NCBI GenBank assembly: GCA_027319905.1
Contig: DAHVMJ010000017.1
Coordinates: 1-13,896, forward strand
DNA length: 13,896 nucleotides
Origin: Candidatus Micrarchaeota archaeon
GTDB taxonomy: Archaea > Micrarchaeota > Micrarchaeia > Micrarchaeales > CABMGC01
Direction of reading: 5' to 3'
Shown here: piece after piece, positions 6,901 to 13,896 of the stretch
Numbering within the stretch: position 1 is the stretch's first letter
Layout: every line of letters starts with the position of its first letter
Position numbers and translations under genes: made by a program
Notes under the pieces: model-generated
Database searches by the model: none
The model's input: only the letters and a program-made list of their open reading frames with translations
What the model was told of the DNA's origin: nothing

Positions 6901-9753
6901 CTACTCCAGCTCCACGTCCAGACTCGGTTTCATGGGCATTGCCCTGCCGGCCCTCTGCGACTTGGACTTGGACTCGATCTCCACGGAGACGTCGCAGCCC
7001 AGCTGCTTCGATATATACGTCGATGCCTCCTGGAGCCCGTCAAACTCCTCCATCTGCGTTGCTGTCACCTCCCTTAGCTCGTTGATCCGTTTAGCCAGCG
7101 TTCCCGCAAGCTTGGCCGCCTGCTCCCTGTCCACGTCCTTCTCGCCCTGCATGCTGTCTAGAGCCTTGCCCACATCCTTCTCCTTCACAAGCGCGCCGAG
7201 CAGCTTGCGCTTCCAATCAGATGCTACCGCAACATGGAGCCTCTTTGCCTTCTTGCCCGTCTTCTTCTGCATGAGCGCGATCACCTGCTTCGCGTCCTCT
7301 ATGGTGCTGTCTACCAGCTCCTCCTCAGCCTCTATCTTCGCGTTGTACATGCCCTTGTCCGCGGCAGGCCACTTCTCCAGCGAAGCGAAGGTCCCGTTGC
7401 CCAGCATGTGCCACATCTCCTCTGCCATGTGGGGCGCTATGGGCTGCAGCATCAGCACCACTTCGGAAAGGAAGTCCCTTACCACGATTGCGTTGTTTCC
7501 GCCTCTTGCGAAATACCTACGCAGCTCGAGAACCGAGTCGTAGAGTATCGCTGTATAAGCAGACCTGAGTTCCAGCAAGTCCATTGATATGCCGGCGCTC
7601 TCGACCTTTTCATTCAGCACAGAATACAGCCAGTAGTCTATGCGCCTGAGTTCCCCCGACTCGAGCTTGTCCAGGCCCGTTATGGCATTGTAAATGTACT
7701 CTAGCCTTTCCTGTACGCCCCTTACCGACTTCTCTCCAAACTCGGAATCGTTGAGCAGGTCTGCTCCTGCAATTATGTTTATCCTGGACGGATCTGCTCC
7801 GTACTTGTCCAGCGCATCCGAGAGAGGCACTATGTTGCCGAGGCTCTTGCTCATCTTCTCGCCCTCGCTCAGTACAAACCCGTTGACCACTATCTGCTTG
7901 GGCCAGTAGGCCTTGTCGAATACCGCGACGTGGTTGTAGATGTACATGGTTAGGTGGTTGTAGATCAGGTCAGGCCCCGAGCCGCGCGACGTATCCCTGT
8001 ACCAGTACTCGAACGACTCCCTGCACCTCTTCACCAGCGCGTAGTCTATGCCTGTTGCTGCGGCGACCTTTTCGGCGTTTCCAGCGCCCCTGAACACGAA
8101 ATCAAAGAACTCGGGCTTGAGCCTCTCTGTAGGCACGTCCTTGACAAGGTGCGCTATGGTGTAGAACGACATGTAGATCGTGGAGTCCGACAGGCTTTCT
8201 ATTATCTTCGTGTTGTCCAGGGGGAACCGCGTGCCGAGTCCCTGCGCCCTGGCCACCGCGCGAAGGTCTATCCAGTCGACCGCCGCGTCGAACGCGTTCC
8301 TCATCTTGTCGGGCAGCAGGCGCATCTCCTTCAGGAAGTTCCTGGTCTGCTCCTTCCATTTCTCGTTGCCGTAGTCGATAAACCACTGGTCTTCGACCAC
8401 CTTGACCACAACCGCGTAGCCGCATCTGCAGAACACTGGCGCGTTCTGCAACACGTACATCTCCAGGGCGTCGCCCTTGGACAGCAACTGGCCCTTCACC
8501 TTCTCCCTAGCCTCGGGTTCGCTCATTCCCTCATAGCCCCTGGCGGTCATCTTGCCCCAGTGCGACTCTTCCCTGTACTCGAGCTTTGTCGCGAACTCCA
8601 GCATGTCGTCTATCGCATCGGCATTTGCATGGAGCATCTCCAGATATGCAAGCGCGGGCACGTCCAGGTGGACTGGCTTGGCATCTCCTGCCTCCACATC
8701 GCTTAGCGATCTGCCCATCTCTACATCAAGCACCTTTATCGGCGTTATCTCATGCTTCAGCCTGCCCTCTTTCCTCAATCTTTCCAGCGCTGCAAAATCG
8801 AAAGGCGCATGCGCAGGCACGCTCATCACCACTCCCGTGCCTATGTCCCCCTTCACGAAAAAGCCAGGCAGAACAGGCAGCCTGCTTCCTGTGAGCGGGT
8901 TTAGGCACGTCTTCTCGAGTAGCTTCTGTGCACCTATCTCCTCAACCACCACTATCGTCATCTGGTACTTCAGTATCTCGGAGCCCGCCTTGGATATGTA
9001 ATACATCTTGCCGTCATCTCCTATGTGGCATGCAACATACCGCTCATTCTCGTTCACGAAGATGTTCGTTACCCCGAAGATGGTCTCGGGTCTATATGTG
9101 GTGCAGACCATGTAAGCGTCTTCGCCATCCACCTTGAACTTTACTGCAACCTCCTTCTCTATCTCCGGTTCGACATCGTGTCTGGTGTCGTGCATTCCAA
9201 CTGCGTTGTTCTCGTTTGGGCACCATCCCACAGGGTGCCTGCCCTTCGTGAGGAAGCCTTTGCCGTTGAGTATGTTGAACTGCCACTCCACCATCTTGCT
9301 GAACACGGGGTCTATGGAGACGAAGCGGCGCCTCGTGTCCATACTGAACCCTGCCTTGCGATATAGCTGTCCGCTCTCTTTTATGAAGTACGAGGCAATG
9401 TACGAAGGGTCTGTCATCTTCTGTATCTCCTCTTCAGGAACGTGGAAGACCTTCAGCTCCTCGGTTATCTCTTTGTCGCCGTTCTTTATCCTCTTCGCGA
9501 ACGCCAGTACCGGGGTGCCTGTAGCGTGGAAACCCATGGGGTATAGGACGTTGAATCCCAGCATCCTTTTGTACCTGGCGAGTACGTCTGCTGTGCCGAA
9601 CGCCCTGAGGTGGCCGATGTGGAGCGGCGTGTTGACATAGGGCCATGCCGCCGTCACAAAATAAGAGGGCTTGCCGCTGACCTCACCCTCGAATATCTTT
9701 GCCTCTTCCCAGGCTTTCTGCCACTTGGCCTCTATTCCCTTATAGTCTATCAT
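6901..9753 (-). CDS. leuS: Leucine--tRNA ligase (archaeal/eukaryotic type)
   Basis: IEAKWQKAW, WPYVNTPLHIGH, PMGFHATGTP, editing motifs TYRPET and GTGVVMSVPAHAPFD, IESLSDSTIY, DLIYNHL, KMSKSLGN, C-terminal AMPMKP. Confidence 0.98.
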   Translation of the reverse strand: MIDYKGIEAKWQKAWEEAKIFEGEVSGKPSYFVTAAWPYVNTPLHIGHLRAFGTADVLARYKRMLGFNVLYPMGFHATGTPVLAFAKRIKNGDKEITEELKVFHVPEEEIQKMTDPSYIASYFIKESGQLYRKAGFSMDTRRRFVSIDPVFSKMVEWQFNILNGKGFLTKGRHPVGWCPNENNAVGMHDTRHDVEPEIEKEVAVKFKVDGEDAYMVCTTYRPETIFGVTNIFVNENERYVACHIGDDGKMYYISKAGSEILKYQMTIVVVEEIGAQKLLEKTCLNPLTGSRLPVLPGFFVKGDIGTGVVMSVPAHAPFDFAALERLRKEGRLKHEITPIKVLDVEMGRSLSDVEAGDAKPVHLDVPALAYLEMLHANADAIDDMLEFATKLEYREESHWGKMTARGYEGMSEPEAREKVKGQLLSKGDALEMYVLQNAPVFCRCGYAVVVKVVEDQWFIDYGNEKWKEQTRNFLKEMRLLPDKMRNAFDAAVDWIDLRAVARAQGLGTRFPLDNTKIIESLSDSTIYMSFYTIAHLVKDVPTERLKPEFFDFVFRGAGNAEKVAAATGIDYALVKRCRESFEYWYRDTSRGSGPDLIYNHLTMYIYNHVAVFDKAYWPKQIVVNGFVLSEGEKMSKSLGNIVPLSDALDKYGADPSRINIIAGADLLNDSEFGEKSVRGVQERLEYIYNAITGLDKLESGELRRIDYWLYSVLNEKVESAGISMDLLELRSAYTAILYDSVLELRRYFARGGNNAIVVRDFLSEVVLMLQPIAPHMAEEMWHMLGNGTFASLEKWPAADKGMYNAKIEAEEELVDSTIEDAKQVIALMQKKTGKKAKRLHVAVASDWKRKLLGALVKEKDVGKALDSMQGEKDVDREQAAKLAGTLAKRINELREVTATQMEEFDGLQEASTYISKQLGCDVSVEIESKSKSQRAGRAMPMKPSLDVELE

Positions 9754-9852
9754 CAGAGCACAACAAGCAATCCTTATTCTCAGATAATATTAATAGCGCT
9801 TTTGTTCTCCCAAAGCGCAAATATTCAAGCAGAAGCAGCTAATATAGTAACA

Positions 9853-9877
9853 TTTAAATAGTTTGAAACTAAACTAT
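9853..9877 (+). promoter_or_regulatory. TATA box and inverted-repeat operator upstream of the PadR-family gene
   Basis: TTTAAATA at 9853-9860, 29 nt before ATG 9882, overlapped by ATAGTTT-N6-AAACTAT (9858-9877). Confidence 0.6.
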
Positions 9878-9881
9878 ATTC

Positions 9882-10256
9882 ATGTTTCGGGGAGGAAAGA
9901 CCGGGCTGGAGTCGTTCGGTATGATAGGTGACAAGTTGCTCACCAACATCCACACGATGATAGTCCTGGTGCATATCGACAAGAAGAGCACTTACCCCTA
10001 TGCGCTCCTGAAGAAATTCAGCAAAAGCAAACACCCTCTGCTTAACACCATAGACAAGAACGAGATGTACAACATTCTCAACTCGCTTGAGCACAGGGGT
10101 TATGTCAAGAGCAGGATGATCCTGTCGAATTCGAAGGCGCAGAAGGTGTACTCTGTCACTCCGAAAGGCGATAAGATAGCAAGGTCTTTCAGGCGCGCGT
10201 TCTTCAGCTTTATCAAGAGCGCGTCAACAATAATGAGGGATGCGTTTGCCGAATGA
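9882..10256 (+). CDS. PadR-family transcriptional regulator
   Basis: YPYALLKK, MYNILNSLEHRGYV and KVYSVTPKG motifs; heads an ABC operon. Confidence 0.88.
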   Translation: MFRGGKTGLESFGMIGDKLLTNIHTMIVLVHIDKKSTYPYALLKKFSKSKHPLLNTIDKNEMYNILNSLEHRGYVKSRMILSNSKAQKVYSVTPKGDKIARSFRRAFFSFIKSASTIMRDAFAE

Positions 10257-11244
10257 GAACGCGATAGAGATAGACAATCTGGTCAAAAAGTTCGGCAGCC
10301 TCACCGCTGTCAACGACGTCAGTTTGAAGATCAAGAAGGGCGAGATCTTCGGCCTGCTGGGCCCCAACGGCGCGGGCAAGAGCACCACGATAAACATGCT
10401 GCTCGGACTCCTCGCACCTACTTCCGGAGCGATACGCGTTAACGGAATAAACATGCTCAAAGAGCCGGAGAAAGCCAAAGGCCAGATAGGAATTGTCACG
10501 CAGGAGACCGTGGTTGAGCCCGAGCTAACCGCTGAGGATAACCTTATGATTTTTGGCAGGCTCTACCAGATACCAAAGGATGAGCTTCAGAAAGATATAG
10601 ACTTCGCGCTCAAACTCTCCGACCTAGAAGGCTTCAGGAAAGCATATGCCGGTACGTTCTCCGGAGGCATGAAGCGCAGGCTCGAGACGGCCAAGGCGCT
10701 CATGCATGCGCCGCAGATACTGCTGCTCGACGAGCCCACCACAGGCCTCGACATCCAGAACAGGTCGAAGATCTGGGACCTGCTAAGGAAGATCAACAAG
10801 GAGGAAAATGTGACCATACTGATGACCACCCAGTACCTCGAGGAGGCAGACCAGCTCTGCAGTCGCATAGCGATAATAGACCACGGCAAGCTCATAGCGC
10901 TGGGCACGCCCTCGGAGCTGAGGCAGAGGATAGGGATGAGCACGATACTGGAGGTCACCGCTGATAATGATGCGCTTCCCAAGATCGAGCGGATCTTTAG
11001 GAAGGTGGGCCTAGAGCCCAAGGTGCTGACCAACAAAGTGCTCGCCCCCGGAGGCTCAAAGCCGGTGGAGAAGGTAGAGAAGCTGCTGAAACTGCTCTCG
11101 GCAAGCAAGATCGACGTGCACAACGTAAGCATGCACGAGCCCACGATAGACGACGTGTTCCTCAAGCTGACTGGCTCTGAGGTCAGGGACACGGCAGGCT
11201 CATTCACGGGAGGCAGGGGAATGATGATGGGTAGGGGTAGGTGA
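10240..11244 (+). CDS. ABC transporter ATP-binding protein (DrrA/CcmA-like exporter)
   Basis: Walker A GPNGAGKST, signature FSGGMKRR, Walker B LLLDEPTTGLD, TTQYLEEAD, C-terminal EPTIDDVFLKLTG. Start may be TTG 10246. Confidence 0.95.
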   Translation: MRLPNENAIEIDNLVKKFGSLTAVNDVSLKIKKGEIFGLLGPNGAGKSTTINMLLGLLAPTSGAIRVNGINMLKEPEKAKGQIGIVTQETVVEPELTAEDNLMIFGRLYQIPKDELQKDIDFALKLSDLEGFRKAYAGTFSGGMKRRLETAKALMHAPQILLLDEPTTGLDIQNRSKIWDLLRKINKEENVTILMTTQYLEEADQLCSRIAIIDHGKLIALGTPSELRQRIGMSTILEVTADNDALPKIERIFRKVGLEPKVLTNKVLAPGGSKPVEKVEKLLKLLSASKIDVHNVSMHEPTIDDVFLKLTGSEVRDTAGSFTGGRGMMMGRGR

Positions 11245-11245
11245 A

Positions 11246-12376
11246 ATGGGGCTGCTGAACGACACCTACACGCTTTTCCTCAGGGAGCTTCTCATCTTCA
11301 AGAAGAACTTTACGGTCAACATAGTCAGGTCGATGATCTTTCCCATAATATTCATCCTGCTGCTCGGGGCATTCGGCAGCGCGCCGAAGAACGTACCAGT
11401 GGCACTTGTCAACTACGACAACGGGCTAGCCTCGCTCCAGTTCGTGAACCTGCTTCAGGCGGGTAACAGCCTGAGGGTTGTGAGCTCGACCACGCAGCAG
11501 GCAGCGATGAGCATGCTCGGCGTGGGTAACGTTGCGGCTGTCATAGTCATACCTGCCGGATTCTCAGGATCGCAGCTTCCGAAGCCGGACGTGTACGTTT
11601 ATCTGGACAACTCTCAGCCGCAATCCGCAGCCGTTGTGAACCAGGTCGTTAACCAGGTGTCTTCGGAAATGGGCGCCCAGCTCGCCTCAAGCGCAGCTGC
11701 TGATCCTGTGACCGACCCCGTGCCTGTCGTCAGCAACTACGCATACGGCGCCGCGAGCAACTACGAGAGTTTCGTGGTGGGAGGCCTGGTGATAATGGTG
11801 GCGGCGTTTGGTTCTGTGTTCAGCGCGGGCTTCAGCGTGATTAGCGACAGGGAGCTCGGCAACCTGAAGGCGTTCCTCACAACCCCCATAAATAAGTTCT
11901 CCATACTTTTGAGCAAGATAGGGTACGGCACGATGCAGTCGTTGCTCAGCGCCTACATAGGCCTTGCCATAGGCGTGGTCCTGGGCGCAACCATAGCCGC
12001 CGGATTCATAGGCCTGCTTGAGCTGATATGGATAGTTGGACTTGTAGGGCTCGGGTTCGGTTCGCTGTCCATCGCGCTGGCCGCGAGGTCAAAGCAGCTG
12101 CAGACATACGCCCTAATAGGACAGACCATCGTCATGCCCACGGCTTTCCTGGGCGGCGCCTTCGTGCCGATCTCGCTGTTGCCCCCCGTACTTCAAACCG
12201 TAGCCGTTGTCAATCCCCTCACATACGCGGTGAACGCAGTGAGGGCCGTGATGATAAAGGGATCACTGCCGATAGGAGACCTCGTGCTTGACTCAGCGGT
12301 GCTCTTGGCGTTTGCGGCTGTCATGGTCGCGATCGCTTTCCTGCTCTTCAGGAACACGAGCGAACAATTATCTTGA
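11246..12376 (+). CDS. ABC-2 type transporter permease
   Basis: N-terminal TM, extracytoplasmic domain (VPVALVNYD...AAVIVIPAGFS), DRELGNLKAFLTTP, GGAFVPI and NPLTYAVNAVR motifs, multiple TMs. Confidence 0.93.
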   Translation: MGLLNDTYTLFLRELLIFKKNFTVNIVRSMIFPIIFILLLGAFGSAPKNVPVALVNYDNGLASLQFVNLLQAGNSLRVVSSTTQQAAMSMLGVGNVAAVIVIPAGFSGSQLPKPDVYVYLDNSQPQSAAVVNQVVNQVSSEMGAQLASSAAADPVTDPVPVVSNYAYGAASNYESFVVGGLVIMVAAFGSVFSAGFSVISDRELGNLKAFLTTPINKFSILLSKIGYGTMQSLLSAYIGLAIGVVLGATIAAGFIGLLELIWIVGLVGLGFGSLSIALAARSKQLQTYALIGQTIVMPTAFLGGAFVPISLLPPVLQTVAVVNPLTYAVNAVRAVMIKGSLPIGDLVLDSAVLLAFAAVMVAIAFLLFRNTSEQLS

Positions 12377-12401
12377 TCTATGTTGATACTTGGTGAAACA
12401 A

Positions 12402-13622
12402 ATGAACGCAAAATTTTTCTGGGTGTTTGTGGCGCTCATGGCGCTAGGCGGAGCCGCAAGTGCGCAATCTGCGCTTGATAACGCGCTGTCGCTGCACAAC
12501 GTTACGGTATCTCCGAATCCGGTTGTGGCCGGGGGAACAGCCACCATCAGTTTTCAGCTGTACAACTCCTACGGCTCCTTCGTGCAGACCGTCAACCTTC
12601 AGGCTGCGGCAAGCTATCCTATAGCGAATGTCTCTCCTTCAAACAGCACAGACATAGCTAACGTGAACCCCGGGGTCAACCCCGAATACTACAGCTACAC
12701 ATTCCACATACCGGCAACGACACCCGCAGGCATGTACACCATACATTTCAACGCTAGCTACTACGGGCTGGGAGCCACAGAGGTCATAGCGTCGTCATCG
12801 ATGCCTGTGAGCTTCTACGTACAGAACAAGCCCGCGATAACGGTGCTGCTTTCAGGGCTGCAGCCGTCGGCACTCTACTCGGGGCACAACCAGACTGTGG
12901 GCCTTGTGATAGAAAACTCGGGATACGGCACGGCCAGGAACGTGACCGTTACTGTCAGCGGCGAGCCCGGAGTGAGCATACTTAGCTCCGTGAGCACCTT
13001 CTTCATCTCCAACCTTACCCAGGGTTCCAGCGTGGCAGAGCCAATACTCGTATCGGCGCAGAGCGTGGGCAGCACCGGCCTGGTAATCAGCTCTACTTAT
13101 TATTCGTCCAACCTGGCCCAGCGCTACGACAGCATGCAGATCGCCAATCTCTCAATAGCGCCATCGGCGCAGTTCAGCATCGCATCGCAGCAGCAGGGCA
13201 TAGGCGTGGGAGCTACTGACGTGCCAGTCACGTTCAGCGTAACAAACACGGGCACGAGCGATGCGTCGCAGATGCAGCTGACGTTGCAGTCAAGCTACCC
13301 GATAACTCCCGTTGCCAGCACTGCATACATAGCGAGCCTGCCCGTTGGCGCCTCGGTTAACATCACCTTCCTCGTTAGCGCGGATTCGCAGGGAGTGCCG
13401 GGCAACTATCCTGTCACGCTCTTCGAACAGTGGAAGCAGCCCAACGGCGCTGTCAACCAGCAGTTCACAGGCTCAGACAACTACTACGTGAGCGTCGGAA
13501 GCCAGGGCGGCAGCAGTCTGCTTATAGCCGTCGCAGTTATAGTCATAATAATAGGAGTGGTAGGGTACAGACTCAGGGGCCGCATAGCCGCAATGCAGAA
13601 GAAGCGAGGAGTAAAGAAATGA
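12402..13622 (+). CDS. Secreted, C-terminally anchored S-layer-domain/CARDB-like protein (COG1361-like)
   Basis: GGTGA SD at 12392-12396 before ATG 12402; signal peptide; about three Ig-like repeats (IENSGYGTARNV, VTNTGTSDA, PGNYPV); several N-x-S/T sequons; C-terminal TM and basic tail. Confidence 0.82.
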   Translation: MNAKFFWVFVALMALGGAASAQSALDNALSLHNVTVSPNPVVAGGTATISFQLYNSYGSFVQTVNLQAAASYPIANVSPSNSTDIANVNPGVNPEYYSYTFHIPATTPAGMYTIHFNASYYGLGATEVIASSSMPVSFYVQNKPAITVLLSGLQPSALYSGHNQTVGLVIENSGYGTARNVTVTVSGEPGVSILSSVSTFFISNLTQGSSVAEPILVSAQSVGSTGLVISSTYYSSNLAQRYDSMQIANLSIAPSAQFSIASQQQGIGVGATDVPVTFSVTNTGTSDASQMQLTLQSSYPITPVASTAYIASLPVGASVNITFLVSADSQGVPGNYPVTLFEQWKQPNGAVNQQFTGSDNYYVSVGSQGGSSLLIAVAVIVIIIGVVGYRLRGRIAAMQKKRGVKK

Positions 13623-13638
13623 TTGTTCGTGAGGCGGT

Positions 13639-13896
13639 TTGTTGCGGGAAAGGGCCCAGATAGGCATAATAGGCGGATCAGGCTTCTACTCGCTGCTGAA
13701 GGATCCAGAGCTGGTTGAATTCGAGAACAGGTACGGCAGGCCCAGCTCTCCAATCGCGATCGGCAGGCTGGGCGGCGGCAACGTGGCCTTCCTGCAGAGG
13801 CACGGAGAGAGGCACACCATACCCCCGCACAAGGTTCCCTACAGGGCCAACATAGAGGCCATGGCCGAGCTGGGAGTAAAGAGGATAATAGCTACG
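13639..13896 (+). CDS. mtnP: S-methyl-5'-thioadenosine phosphorylase / MTAP-family nucleoside phosphorylase (5' partial)
   Basis: Manual translation (L)LRERAQIGIIGGSGFYSLL...YGRPSSPI...VAFLQRHGERHTIPPHKVPYRANIEAMAELGVKRIIAT; TTG start (13639 or 13642) after GTGAGG; runs off the window. Confidence 0.92.
   Translation, partial: MLRERAQIGIIGGSGFYSLLKDPELVEFENRYGRPSSPIAIGRLGGGNVAFLQRHGERHTIPPHKVPYRANIEAMAELGVKRIIAT

Noticed and set aside
6027..7085. 352-aa + strand ORF
   Set aside because: It is the antisense shadow of DUF2666, wHTH, rpl40e and the leuS 3' end; Ser/Pro/Leu-rich with no motifs.
6932..9861. Multiple + strand ORFs up to 250 aa within leuS
   Set aside because: Antisense shadows expected from GC-rich codon usage; no recognisable domains.
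13619..13663. ATG 13619 overlapping the surface-protein stop as the mtnP start (frameshift)
   Set aside because: That frame stops at 13661-13663. An in-frame TTG with an SD at 13639/13642 gives a normal MTAP N-terminus.
1..13896. CRISPR array, tRNA, rRNA or long tandem repeats
   Set aside because: Intergenic gaps are short (at most about 220 nt), and none showed regular repeats or cloverleaf motifs by eye.

Overview
Archaeal chromosomal window. Archaeal-type LeuRS, stand-alone L40e, DUF2666, TATA boxes and GGTGA Shine-Dalgarno sites support this; a DPANN/Micrarchaeota-like origin is my impression only. Order: trxB (-) interrupted by a 394-aa LAGLIDADG intein; metallo-beta-lactamase-fold nuclease (+); small VapB-like antitoxin remnant; DUF763 and a 4-TM protein with a PLD-like C-terminal domain (+); orphan ORF (+); leuS-rpl40e-wHTH-DUF2666 (-); PadR, ABC ATPase, ABC-2 permease, COG1361/CARDB-like surface protein and the 5' part of mtnP (+). 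The standout is the intein, inserted inside the redox-active CATC motif of thioredoxin reductase (CAT|C...HN|CD). The catalytic second Cys is the +1 splicing nucleophile, and the precursor still reads CATC using the intein's own Cys1, which could make splicing redox-conditional. No rRNA, tRNA or CRISPR array was seen.
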